A stretch of DNA of 39,849 nucleotides, taken from a virus. How positions within the stretch are numbered: position 1 is the first letter of the stretch; each line of letters begins with the position of its first letter. Shown piece by piece: positions 1-7,670 of this stretch. The stretch lies in the IMG/VR virus record IMGVR_UViG_3300045988_160528; one strand, 5' to 3'. The position numbers were made by a program, and so were the translations under genes. The notes below the pieces were generated by a model. The model was not told the DNA's origin. It worked only from the letters and a program-made list of their open reading frames with translations, and did not search any database.

Positions 1-258
1 CTGCGAAAGCAGATCGCGGAGACGTTTTTCGTCCTCGGGGATATCCTCCCTTTCCGGTGAGGGAGTTTTACCGAGCAGATAATCTACAGATACGTCGAGA
101 TATTCGGCAATTTGGGGCAGATATTTCAAGTATGATTCGCTTCTACCGGCTTTCCACTCGGAAAAAGTCTGCTTGGTCAATTTCAAATATTGACAGATTT
201 CTTGCTGCGATACCCGCTGCTCTTTCATTATTCCGAGTATCTTGGTTAAAGTATCCAA
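1..258 (-). CDS. XRE-family HTH repressor (CI-like), N-terminal part. The gene runs off the left edge and continues at 39765..39703 because the window is a circular permutation.
   Basis: Minus-strand translation reads MDTLTKILGIMKEQRVSQQEICQYLKLTKQTFSEWKAGRSESYLKYLPQIAEYLDVSVDYLLGKT..., a classic HTH_3 helix-turn-helix. A TTG start at 258 has the RBS GAAAGGA 8 nt upstream; an alternative ATG lies at 228. The gene is divergent from a consensus promoter with palindromic operators. The annotated + strand ORF 57..290 is its antisense shadow. Confidence 0.75.
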   Translation of the reverse strand, partial: MDTLTKILGIMKEQRVSQQEICQYLKLTKQTFSEWKAGRSESYLKYLPQIAEYLDVSVDYLLGKTPSPEREDIPEDEKRLRDLLSQ

Positions 259-293
259 AAAAATTGTCCTTTCGTTGTAGCTTCCTCTAAAAG

Positions 294-344
294 TACAAAT
301 AATTTGTATTTCTCCTTGACAGTACATAAAATTTGTACTATACT
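294..344 (+). promoter_or_regulatory. Early rightward promoter with two operator palindromes (the genetic switch).
   Basis: The promoter is TTGACA (316-321), a 17-nt spacer, then TATACT (339-344). Operator O1 is TACAAATAATTTGTA (294-308), a perfect 15-bp palindrome. O2 is TACATAAAATTTGTA (323-337) and lies in the promoter spacer. Confidence 0.7.
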
Positions 345-350
345 ATTGCC

Positions 351-676
351 AGAAGCAACGAGCATGATCGTGCTTCTGTGCATTGTCAGTTGCCCATACC
401 TCATAATTTACTTTCTTTGACAGCATCGGAGTGTCAACGGGCAACAGGGCACTCCGATGCGATCAGGAAACCCCGGCGAAAGCCGTGTTTCATACAACCT
501 TCTTCCCATATAAGGCGGCGTGGCGAGCGCCGCTTTATACAGGGGGGATGAGAAAAAAGTTGCCGAGTGTTGGTAAGAGAAAGCCGCTCGGCGCGGCTGC
601 TGTGATACGTTGCAATATCATAGTAGCACAAATTACAAATTCTGTCAAGTGCAGAAAAAAAGAAAGGAGTGCTGAT
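351..676 (+). promoter_or_regulatory. Long structured 5' leader of the early operon with no convincing ORF; a candidate attenuator or cis-regulatory RNA.
   Basis: Three hairpins are visible. The first has an 11-bp perfect stem, gcatcggagtg(423-433)/cactccgatgc(450-460). The second is a GNRA hairpin, cggcGAAAgccg (474-485). The third is a GC hairpin, gcggcg/cgccgc (515-533), followed by TTTATAC, which looks terminator-like. The only canonical RBS+ATG is at 663-679. Confidence 0.4.
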
Positions 677-1246
677 ATGAGCACAAACAAGGACATTCGC
701 CACGGCATGATTGACGCGGAACTTTCACTCAACGAGCTGTGCCGCAAAATTGAGGAAAGAAGCGGAGAGAAAACTTCTGCGTCATACTTCACGCGGGCTT
801 TGGATGGGAGATACCACAGCGAGAAGTCAGAGCGTGCGCTGCGCGAGGCGCGGAAGATACTCGAGGAGATCAACGGAGGGGGAGACATTGAGATGAATAA
901 ACGGAAAGAAAACCCGAAGCTTGAGAAGAAACTCGACGAGCTTGAAAAGCGGCTGCTGAATTCTAATTTTGACAAGAAAACAATGGATTTGCCGGACGAA
1001 ATAGTGTTGGAGTACACCAACATGATGCTCGACGCCATAATGCCGCTGAATGGCTTTAAAACAGCGTTTGCGTACGAAGCCGCGATCCATGTGACGAATT
1101 TGCTTGAAGCAAGACTCGGAAACGACGCTGCAATTATAAAAGCGTCAGCGCAACGCAAGCAGATTGTGACGGTGGATAATGTTGTCCCGAAAACAGGAAG
1201 AGGACCGCGAGGCGCGGAAGATACTGAGGAGATCAACAGCAGATAA
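677..1246 (+). CDS. First early protein, function unknown; possibly Cro or antirepressor-like, with a coiled-coil C-terminal half.
   Basis: The RBS AAAGGAG (663-669) lies 7 nt before the ATG at 677. It is the first gene downstream of the switch promoter. It contains an internal 32-nt near-duplicate (841-876 vs 1205-1238). Confidence 0.6.
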   Translation: MSTNKDIRHGMIDAELSLNELCRKIEERSGEKTSASYFTRALDGRYHSEKSERALREARKILEEINGGGDIEMNKRKENPKLEKKLDELEKRLLNSNFDKKTMDLPDEIVLEYTNMMLDAIMPLNGFKTAFAYEAAIHVTNLLEARLGNDAAIIKASAQRKQIVTVDNVVPKTGRGPRGAEDTEEINSR

Positions 1247-1273
1247 TCAGACAAATGGAAAGGAAGTAAGGTT

Positions 1274-1471
1274 ATGTCAAGAGAAAAAGAAGGCTATCGG
1301 CTCTGCCTTGAAGAGCTGAACCGGGTATGTCCGGACAAGCTGCTTTTGTCACGGGGAGATGTGACAAGGGCTTTGGGTATAAGCTATCAGGCTGTCGCCA
1401 AACACTACGGCAAATACTTTGACGGCAGATACATACTTAAGACCGAGCTTGCGAGGGTGATGTGCAAATGA
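1274..1471 (+). CDS. Small HTH DNA-binding protein, excisionase/AlpA-like.
   Basis: The ORF has an upstream RBS AGGAAG. The motif SRGDVTRALGISYQAVAKH is a helix-turn-helix. Confidence 0.5.
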   Translation: MSREKEGYRLCLEELNRVCPDKLLLSRGDVTRALGISYQAVAKHYGKYFDGRYILKTELARVMCK

Positions 1472-1659
1472 AACGACTTTACACATACAAGGACAAGGAA
1501 AAGCTGTATAAGGCGTGCTCGGACGCGCGTGACAACAGAGAAGCGGATGCGTTTGTGGCGCTTCACAGACTCATAGTGGACTGGGGTCTGCTTGCCGACT
1601 ACCAACACTACAGGGAGGAACACAATGAAAACAGCAGAGATGTTAATTGCGGTGCTTAG
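1468..1659 (+). CDS. Hypothetical early protein.
   Basis: The ATG at 1468 overlaps the preceding stop (translational coupling). The RBS is weak. Confidence 0.35.
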   Translation: MKRLYTYKDKEKLYKACSDARDNREADAFVALHRLIVDWGLLADYQHYREEHNENSRDVNCGA

Positions 1660-1831
1660 CCGTATCGCAAATGTGCTTTTGGCGGTGCTTAACGGGGTGG
1701 CATTCATCCTCATAATAGTATCGCTGAGTGCCGTGGGCGACTCGTTCATTCCCGCAGCTGTGATCATCGGATGCATTCTGTGGTTTATGGCGGAGATCGC
1801 AATTCTAAGAATTATATGGAGGAAGGGCTAA
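1625..1831 (+). CDS. Small membrane protein with two predicted TM helices.
   Basis: The RBS GGGAGGAA (1612-1619) precedes the ATG at 1625. The hydrophobic segments are IAVLSRIANVLLAVLNGVAFILIIV and IPAAVIIGCILWFMAEIAIL. Confidence 0.5.
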   Translation: MKTAEMLIAVLSRIANVLLAVLNGVAFILIIVSLSAVGDSFIPAAVIIGCILWFMAEIAILRIIWRKG

Positions 1832-2043
1832 TGTATATATGTGAAAGGTGCGGAGAGATTTTCGACTCTCCCGAAGTTAAAATATGGCGGGATGTTGAGG
1901 AGTTTTGGGGGGCAAGGTGCTACAACGAAACTGCTACATACTACTGTCCGTTCTGCGGCAGTGAGGACATAGAGACGTATTCCGAAGATGATGAAGAGGA
2001 GACGGAAGAAGACAGGATATTCGGAAGGAGGTGCGTGGGATGA
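1831..2043 (+). CDS. Zinc-ribbon protein (CxxC...CxxC) with an acidic tail.
   Basis: The ATG at 1831 overlaps the preceding stop (taATG) and sits after GGAGGAAGGG. The cysteine motifs are CERCG...CPFCG. Confidence 0.5.
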   Translation: MYICERCGEIFDSPEVKIWRDVEEFWGARCYNETATYYCPFCGSEDIETYSEDDEEETEEDRIFGRRCVG

Positions 2044-2543
2044 CGCTTTACGAGCTGGGAGAGCAGTACAGGATGCTGCTTGAAATGTCCGAGGACGAAA
2101 TACCGGAGGATGTACTTGCGGACACTTTGGACGGCTTAAAAGGCGAAATTGAGGCAAAGGCTGACGGTATATGCTGCCTTATCAAAGAGCTTTCGGCGGA
2201 AAGCACCGCCATAAAAGCCGAAGAAGAACGGCTTGCGGCAAGGCGCAAGGCAAAGGACGCTCTGCAGGCAAGGCTCAAGGCTTATCTTTCGAGCGAGCTT
2301 ACCAAGGCAGGCATGAGCGGCTTTGAAAGCTCCAAAAACAAGGTGAGCTTTCGTTCGAGCGAATCTGCCGCGATGATCTGCGGTAAGGAACAGTTTATCG
2401 AATGGGCGCAGAAGCACGGCGATGAATATCTGAAGTACAGCGAGCCTGCGATCAATGTTGCAGCTGTCAAGGCTGCCATGAAGAGCGGTACGGACGTATA
2501 TGGCTTTGAACTGCGCAAAAACGCAAATATTCAGATCAGGTGA
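2040..2543 (+). CDS. Siphovirus Gp157-family protein, the partner of Sak/RecT-type recombinases.
   Basis: The RBS GGAAGGAGG precedes the ATG at 2040 (ATGA overlap). The N-terminus MTLYELGEQYRMLLEMSEDEIPEDVLADTLDGLKGEIEAKADGI matches the Gp157 pattern as I recall it. It sits immediately upstream of the Rad52-like gene. Confidence 0.5.
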   Translation: MTLYELGEQYRMLLEMSEDEIPEDVLADTLDGLKGEIEAKADGICCLIKELSAESTAIKAEEERLAARRKAKDALQARLKAYLSSELTKAGMSGFESSKNKVSFRSSESAAMICGKEQFIEWAQKHGDEYLKYSEPAINVAAVKAAMKSGTDVYGFELRKNANIQIR

Positions 2544-2556
2544 AGGAGGAAGGAAA

Positions 2557-3108
2557 ATGAAATTCAGAAGCTTAACCGAGGCGGACATTGAGTGCCGGGT
2601 ACAGCAGGTCAAACCGAACGGGCTGTCTCTGCTTTTATACAAGAATGCCCGTGTTGACATGGCTATTCTTGATGAGACCGTAGGTGCGGAGAACTGGCAG
2701 AGAGAACACTATGAATGCAAAGGAAATCTGTTTTGCCGGGTCGGTATTAATGTAAACGTCGGCGAATCGGAAGTATGTCCGACGTGGGTATGGAAAAGCG
2801 ACTGCGGCGCGGAGTCGAACACGGAAGCCGAAAAGGGTGAGGCAAGCGACAGCTTCAAGAGGGCGTGTGTCAATTGGGGCATCGGGCGCGAGCTTTACAC
2901 CGCCCCGTTTATCTGGATACCGTCTGACAAGTGCAAGATTGAGGGCGGCAAATGCCGCGACAGTTTTTCGGTCGAGAAAGTGCGCGTTGAGGGCGGCAGG
3001 ATAACCGGGCTTGCCATACGCAACGACACTCTCGGCAAGCGGGTATATGTATACGCACCGGAAAAGGCGGAAAAGCAGGATGGAAGCAAAGATACGCGCA
3101 AGCTTTGA
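2557..3108 (+). CDS. Rad52-family single-strand annealing protein (Sak-like).
   Basis: The RBS AGGAGGAAGG precedes the ATG at 2557. The block EAEKGEASDSFKRACVNWGIGRELY resembles the Rad52/22 family signature. It sits in a recombination module next to the Gp157, NinB and SSB genes. Confidence 0.65.
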   Translation: MKFRSLTEADIECRVQQVKPNGLSLLLYKNARVDMAILDETVGAENWQREHYECKGNLFCRVGINVNVGESEVCPTWVWKSDCGAESNTEAEKGEASDSFKRACVNWGIGRELYTAPFIWIPSDKCKIEGGKCRDSFSVEKVRVEGGRITGLAIRNDTLGKRVYVYAPEKAEKQDGSKDTRKL

Positions 3109-3652
3109 CGAGGATGCGCTCTCTTTCTCCCGAAAGGGGACTCAAAGGCTTACAATTTCGCTGTCTGAGGACTTCAGACGGTACTTTGACGATTTCAAGG
3201 GCAAAGACCTTGACATTATTTTGAAGCCTCACAGAGAGGCTCGGAGCCTCAATGCAAATGCGCTCTGCTGGAAGCTGTGTACGGAGATCGCGAACGTTAT
3301 GAGGCTGTCGAAGGAGGAAGTATATCTGCAGGCGCTCAAGGACTACGGACAAAGCGATGTTATCAGCGTTTTGGACGGAGTTGACATAACCGGCTACATC
3401 AAGTATTCGGAATATATTGGCTCCTCTGCTCTGAGGGGCAAAAGGTTTAACCACTACAAGGTTTACCGGGGATCGTCGGAGTACGACCGCGAGGAAATGA
3501 GCATTTTGCTTGACGGCATTGTGCAGGAGGCGAAAAGCCTTGAAATACCCGTATGGTCCAAAGCGGAGATAGAAGCCATCAAGGAGGCATGGGGTGAAGA
3601 GTGTTTTACAGAAAAAACGCAGATGCCTCATCTGCGGCAGCACGGCGGTTGA
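3080..3652 (+). CDS. NinB/Orf-like recombination mediator.
   Basis: RSLNANALCWKLCTEIANV parallels the lambda NinB block RSLDQNRKLWACLGDVS. The start at 3080 overlaps the upstream gene. The start choice is uncertain; an alternative is 3047. Confidence 0.5.
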   Translation: MEAKIRASFDEDALSFSRKGTQRLTISLSEDFRRYFDDFKGKDLDIILKPHREARSLNANALCWKLCTEIANVMRLSKEEVYLQALKDYGQSDVISVLDGVDITGYIKYSEYIGSSALRGKRFNHYKVYRGSSEYDREEMSILLDGIVQEAKSLEIPVWSKAEIEAIKEAWGEECFTEKTQMPHLRQHGG

Positions 3653-3860
3653 GTGTCATCACGTATTCGAGGGCGCTCACCGCAGCGCCTCCGACAGGTA
3701 CGGTCTGACCGTGTATCTGTGCCGCAGGCATCATGCTCTTGTACACGCGGATGAGGCGCTTAACAGGCGGCTGAAAAGCGAGGCACAGGAAAAAGCAATG
3801 AAGGTTTACGGATTCGGTGACAAAGAATGGCTTGACATATTCAGGCGGAATTGGAGGTAA
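3594..3860 (+). CDS. HNH/zinc-finger nuclease-like protein.
   Basis: The start is a GTG with GGAGG 8 nt upstream. The sequence has a CxxC...HH...C..HH arrangement typical of HNH-type zinc nucleases. Confidence 0.4.
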   Translation: MKSVLQKKRRCLICGSTAVECHHVFEGAHRSASDRYGLTVYLCRRHHALVHADEALNRRLKSEAQEKAMKVYGFGDKEWLDIFRRNWR

Positions 3861-3862
3861 AG

Positions 3863-4078
3863 ATGAAACCGCAATGCAGGCAGGTACTTGACTACATGAA
3901 GCGCAACGGCAGTATAACGGTGCAGGAAGCGTTCAGAGAGCTTTCGGTCGGAAGTCTTACTTCCCGCATATCGGAGCTGAAGGCGGCGGGAATTGATGTG
4001 CGCGGTTCGATGGAGCGCGGCATAAACCGTTTCGGCGACGGAGTTTACTACAAAAGATATTATTTAGGAGGGAATTGA
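3863..4078 (+). CDS. Small winged-helix DNA-binding protein.
   Basis: GGAGG is 5 nt before the ATG at 3863. The sequence ITVQEAFRELSVGSLTSRISELKAAGIDV is HTH-like. Confidence 0.5.
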   Translation: MKPQCRQVLDYMKRNGSITVQEAFRELSVGSLTSRISELKAAGIDVRGSMERGINRFGDGVYYKRYYLGGN

Positions 4079-4081
4079 GCG

Positions 4082-4483
4082 ATGGCGAATTTCAATTTCA
4101 ACACGGTTATTATCGGGGGCAGGCTTTGCGCCGCTCCGGAGCTCAAGACAACGACAAACGGCACTGTGGTCACATCGTTTGATGTGGCGGTATCACGTCA
4201 GGACAACACGGACTTTTTCCGTGTTGTGGCGTGGAAGAATACAGCGGAGTTTGTCTGCAAGTATTTCGGTAAGGGCTCGTCCATATGTGTCAAGGGAGAG
4301 CTTCAGACGCGAAAATACGAGGCAAAGAACGGTGAGAAGCGTACAGCGACGGAGATCGTAGCGCGGGACGTGTACTTTGTGGACTCCAAAGGCGAGAGAG
4401 CGGCGGACAAGCCCGCAAACGATACTCCTGAGTCTCCGGCGCAGTTTGAGCCTATATCGACGGATGAAGAATTGCCGTTCTGA
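4082..4483 (+). CDS. ssb: Single-stranded DNA-binding protein.
   Basis: An OB-fold pattern is present (ANFNFNTVIIGGRL...FRVVAWKNTAEF...GELQTRKYEAKNGEKRTATEIVA). The acidic C-terminal tip is DEELPF. Confidence 0.9.
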   Translation: MANFNFNTVIIGGRLCAAPELKTTTNGTVVTSFDVAVSRQDNTDFFRVVAWKNTAEFVCKYFGKGSSICVKGELQTRKYEAKNGEKRTATEIVARDVYFVDSKGERAADKPANDTPESPAQFEPISTDEELPF

Positions 4484-4491
4484 GGTGAGGT

Positions 4492-5250
4492 ATGAAAGAG
4501 GGGATAGAATACTTCCCTCTTGACGTTTGTTTGGATGACAAATTTGAATTGATCGAAGCTGAATTCGGGCTTACAGGGTTTGCGGTAGTCGTTAAGCTGC
4601 TTCAGAAGATATACGGGCAGTTTGGTTACTACTGTGAATGGAACATAGAGGTTGCGCTTTTGTTCGCCAAGAGAATTGGTTTGGGTGGGAGCGTCGTTTC
4701 GGAAATAGTGGCAGCTTCGATAAGACGAGGTATATTTGATAAGGCAATGTATGACAGGTACGGTATTCTGACGAGCGTCGGAATACAGAAAAGGTACTTC
4801 GAGGCAGTGAGCCGCCGTAAAATTGTCAAAATCAAAAAAGCGTACCTCCTTGTTCCTTGCGCCCAAATTCCGAAAAATGTATACATTTCGGAAGAAAATG
4901 TATACATTTCCTCTGAAAATGTCGACATTTCCAAACAAAGTAAAGTAGAGGAAAGTAAAGTAAAGAACACTAATACTTACACTGTGCCTGCGGCACCGGC
5001 ACTGACAGATGTAATTGCATATTGCAATTCGAGGGGGCTGAACGTTAATCCGAAGCGTTTCTTTGCCTATTATTCAAAGCTCGGATGGAAGACAAAAGAG
5101 GGGAAGCCTGTCGATGACTGGTATTCACTCTGCGAAAAATGGAGCGAGACGGAGCATGCCGGCAAAGCAAAAGAAACGCCTCAAGGATCATTTGACACGG
5201 ACGATTTCTTCGCGGCGGCTTTGGCGGCATCAAGGAGGAAGGAAGTATGA
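4492..5250 (+). CDS. Replisome organizer / replication initiation protein (DUF4373 N-domain, DnaD-like).
   Basis: The N-terminus MKEGIEYFPLDVCLDDKFELIEAEFGLTGFAVVVKLLQKIY matches the Lin1244/DUF4373 pattern. It follows ssb. It contains an internal iteron array. Confidence 0.55.
   Translation: MKEGIEYFPLDVCLDDKFELIEAEFGLTGFAVVVKLLQKIYGQFGYYCEWNIEVALLFAKRIGLGGSVVSEIVAASIRRGIFDKAMYDRYGILTSVGIQKRYFEAVSRRKIVKIKKAYLLVPCAQIPKNVYISEENVYISSENVDISKQSKVEESKVKNTNTYTVPAAPALTDVIAYCNSRGLNVNPKRFFAYYSKLGWKTKEGKPVDDWYSLCEKWSETEHAGKAKETPQGSFDTDDFFAAALAASRRKEV
4871..4932. repeat. Three tandem iterons inside the replication gene; a candidate phage origin.
   Basis: The three copies are aaaatgtatacatttcg, aaaatgtatacatttcc and aaaatgtcgacatttcc, spaced about 21-22 nt apart. 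Each contains the palindrome AAATGT-ACATTT. Confidence 0.5.
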
Positions 5251-5447
5251 GCAAAAGCAAAAACATACGCGGCTCATTGGTAGAGTGCAAGTGCGTAGGG
5301 TGCGGGAAAAAGTTTGTCCCTGCTCCCTACCACATCTACAGGAGCTACAAGGGATTATACTGCACATACAACTGTATGGTCAGGGCGGAAAAACGATACG
5401 ACGAGGAGCGCAAGGCTCGAAAGAACGGAAGGAGAAACAAGCTATGA
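5247..5447 (+). CDS. Small Cys-rich zinc-finger protein.
   Basis: ATGA start/stop overlap. The cysteine motifs are CKCVGCG...CTYNC. Confidence 0.5.
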   Translation: MSKSKNIRGSLVECKCVGCGKKFVPAPYHIYRSYKGLYCTYNCMVRAEKRYDEERKARKNGRRNKL

Positions 5448-5587
5448 CAGAGGAAAGGGATATAGCGCTTATCAACGAGCGGCTCAGGGAGACGCTGAGC
5501 CTTGAGGAATATCAGCGTTTGACTGCGCTGATGTTTCATACGCTGGATAATTTATTTTTCGGGAAAGTGAGAGAGGAAAGAAAATGA
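5444..5587 (+). CDS. Hypothetical small protein (47 aa).
   Basis: AAGGAGAAA is 6 nt before the ATG at 5444, which overlaps the preceding TGA. This ORF is missing from the ORF track because of its size. Confidence 0.4.
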   Translation: MTEERDIALINERLRETLSLEEYQRLTALMFHTLDNLFFGKVREERK

Positions 5588-5853
5588 GAGACAGTGAAGT
5601 TAACGATGTATGCGCGTGCGAGTGCCCGCAACCGCCAACAACTATAAAAGACAAGGTTGAGAACCTGAACATGGCGCTCGAGGATTGCCTCGGCATTGTA
5701 GGCCAATTCAGCAAATTTGTTTGGGGAGAGGATTTGGTGGTGAGCGAAGACTTTGAAGTCAAAAGTTTTGACACTGCCGTTGAAGCAGCCTTGATTAAGG
5801 CAAAGACTTTGAAGGCCTGGCTGATATCTGTAACAACAAGAACGGGGATGTGA
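5584..5853 (+). CDS. Hypothetical early protein.
   Basis: ATGA overlap with the upstream ORF. Confidence 0.45.
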   Translation: MRDSEVNDVCACECPQPPTTIKDKVENLNMALEDCLGIVGQFSKFVWGEDLVVSEDFEVKSFDTAVEAALIKAKTLKAWLISVTTRTGM

Positions 5854-6019
5854 TGAAAAATGAAAGCAGGGCGGATGAGCTTTAATAAAGGCAAGCAGTT
5901 TGCAATCATTCCCTCGGTTGGTATTACTTGGGGGTCGTATAACTGTAAATTTGCTATAGCTTTTATATGGCTGAGATATCAGTTTTGCATAAGAATTTTT
6001 AGAAAGGAATTCGAGGAAG

Positions 6020-6175
6020 ATGACACTTAAAATCAAGGTTAAGGGCGTAAACGAATATCAGCTTGGCGGTGTACAAAAGATTGAACTTGACGAGGAATAT
6101 CTTTACACGACCATTTTTGATACGAGAAAATACAGGAGATGCGATATCGAGAGAATAGAGGTAACAGAAGCATGA
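6020..6175 (+). CDS. Hypothetical small protein (51 aa).
   Basis: RBS AAGGAATTCGAGGAAG-ATG. The stop overlaps the next start (ATGA at 6172). Not in the ORF track. Confidence 0.35.
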   Translation: MTLKIKVKGVNEYQLGGVQKIELDEEYLYTTIFDTRKYRRCDIERIEVTEA

Positions 6176-6534
6176 GAGTATTAAAGTGCAACAGATGCGG
6201 GAAAATGGAGTATGAAGTCCAATGCGCACGTGATTATCATATCTATAACGGAACGCTGCCCCCTAGGGACTTTCGCGGACCGGGAATATACATAGATCTG
6301 TGCGATGACTGCTACAAAGATTTTGTGGCTTGGCTTGACGGAGAAAAGAGAGCACCGGAAACAGGCAAAAGCTTTGATTGCTCTGAAAAAGCGGTTAAAA
6401 GCGCCAAAGCAGAAGCATACAAAGAGTTTGCGGAGAAACTGAAACAGAATAAGAGGAAAAGACTTTGGAACAGCGCCGTTTTGATTGAGGACATTGATAA
6501 TGTCTTGGGAGAAATGGTAGGCGAGGAGAAATGA
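6172..6534 (+). CDS. Zinc-ribbon protein.
   Basis: The ATG at 6172 is coupled to the upstream stop. The cysteine motifs are CNRCG...CDDC. Confidence 0.5.
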   Translation: MRVLKCNRCGKMEYEVQCARDYHIYNGTLPPRDFRGPGIYIDLCDDCYKDFVAWLDGEKRAPETGKSFDCSEKAVKSAKAEAYKEFAEKLKQNKRKRLWNSAVLIEDIDNVLGEMVGEEK

Positions 6535-7079
6535 GCAGATATGTAGATATTGAGCCTTATGAAGATTGCCGAATAGTCCTCCATGACGAGGACAAAGGCA
6601 TACGGTGCCGGGACTTGCCCGCCGTTGATGTGGAGGAGGTGAGGCACGGCGAATGGATAAATACGGGGGCATATGTTTGCGGAGAATATGAGTTTGAGTG
6701 CACCGAATGCGGATACACAAACTGGCATACGTCGGAGGCAAACGAAAAATACTGCCCCGGCTGCGGTGCGAGAATGGACCGGACCGGCACGGCACCGGAC
6801 AGATGGTTCAAACGCATAAAGCAAGGCGACAGCAGGATAGCCGAGATGGGTATGCCCCGCCATTTTCAAATAATCGAAACGAAAGTTTTGGGGAGCCTTG
6901 CCGGAACTTTGGGATGGCGTTTCATGTGGGGAGAAGAGAAATACGGAGAGTTTATCGAAATTGAATCCGAACACATACCGACCAAAAAAGAAATTGATTT
7001 TTTACTTACCAAAGCTTTTGATACATTAAAGACCCTCATGATTTGGGAGATAGAAAGTGAAGAAAATGGCAGCGTGTAG
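6531..7079 (+). CDS. Hypothetical protein with a zinc ribbon (CTECG...CPGCG).
   Basis: ATGA overlap with the upstream gene. Confidence 0.5.
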   Translation: MSRYVDIEPYEDCRIVLHDEDKGIRCRDLPAVDVEEVRHGEWINTGAYVCGEYEFECTECGYTNWHTSEANEKYCPGCGARMDRTGTAPDRWFKRIKQGDSRIAEMGMPRHFQIIETKVLGSLAGTLGWRFMWGEEKYGEFIEIESEHIPTKKEIDFLLTKAFDTLKTLMIWEIESEENGSV

Positions 7080-7479
7080 AGATTGCATACATCACGAAAT
7101 TTGTGTGCTGCTTTTGCAGAATACGGACGCTGTTTGCAACGGCTTTGCGGACAAGTCACGTTACATAGAGCTGCCGTGCAAGGTGGGCGATACGGTGTAC
7201 TGCGTCGATTATGCCGGAGAGATCAAGCCCCGGACCGTGGAGGCGTTTGAAATACTTGAAGGTGAAATAGGGATATGCGACAGCTCCCATATGCCGTGTT
7301 ATCTGTGTACAACTAAGGAGATGGAGAAAATCGGGAGCTGCACCTCCGACATCCTATATGCCGGCGTTTTTTACACACCAGAGAGAGCCGAGGCTGCGGT
7401 GAGAAAACAGCTGGAAGTGGATGAAAACCAGCAAAGCGCATTGAAAAAAGTGTTTTTTATGAAGGAGGCGGAGACATGA
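7057..7479 (+). CDS. Hypothetical protein with a CRDCIHH zinc motif plus a PCxVGDxVY domain; paralog of part of 7667..8413.
   Basis: GTG at 7057 after GGGAGA; an alternative ATG is at 7066. It shares the motifs CRDCIHHEICVL and LPCKVGDTVYCV with the next-but-one gene. Confidence 0.5.
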   Translation: MKKMAACRDCIHHEICVLLLQNTDAVCNGFADKSRYIELPCKVGDTVYCVDYAGEIKPRTVEAFEILEGEIGICDSSHMPCYLCTTKEMEKIGSCTSDILYAGVFYTPERAEAAVRKQLEVDENQQSALKKVFFMKEAET

Positions 7480-7670
7480 TAGTACAAATTGAAATTGTAA
7501 CCCATCCGGATCGCGTGGGAGGAATTAAGGGAACCGCCGACAACGGTGTAATGTACGGCAAGGTGCTGAATATTGATAATAAAGACTTTGAGGCGGATCC
7601 TATGAAGTATGCCGCGGTACTGGCGGAGGGAGTTGCAGAAATCATACGTATGGAGAGGGAGCGAAAATGA
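7476..7670 (+). CDS. Hypothetical protein.
   Basis: ATGA overlap, preceded by GAAGGAGG. Confidence 0.45.
   Translation: MIVQIEIVTHPDRVGGIKGTADNGVMYGKVLNIDNKDFEADPMKYAAVLAEGVAEIIRMERERK

Noticed and set aside
57-290. Plus-strand 77-aa ORF at the window start
   Set aside because: It is exactly antisense to the XRE repressor gene, which has a clear HTH and RBS, and it has no RBS of its own.
535-1254. Minus-strand 239-aa ORF, plus the 434-703 minus ORF
   Set aside because: Both are antisense shadows of the first early gene and leader. They have a Ser/Leu-rich low-complexity translation and no RBS.
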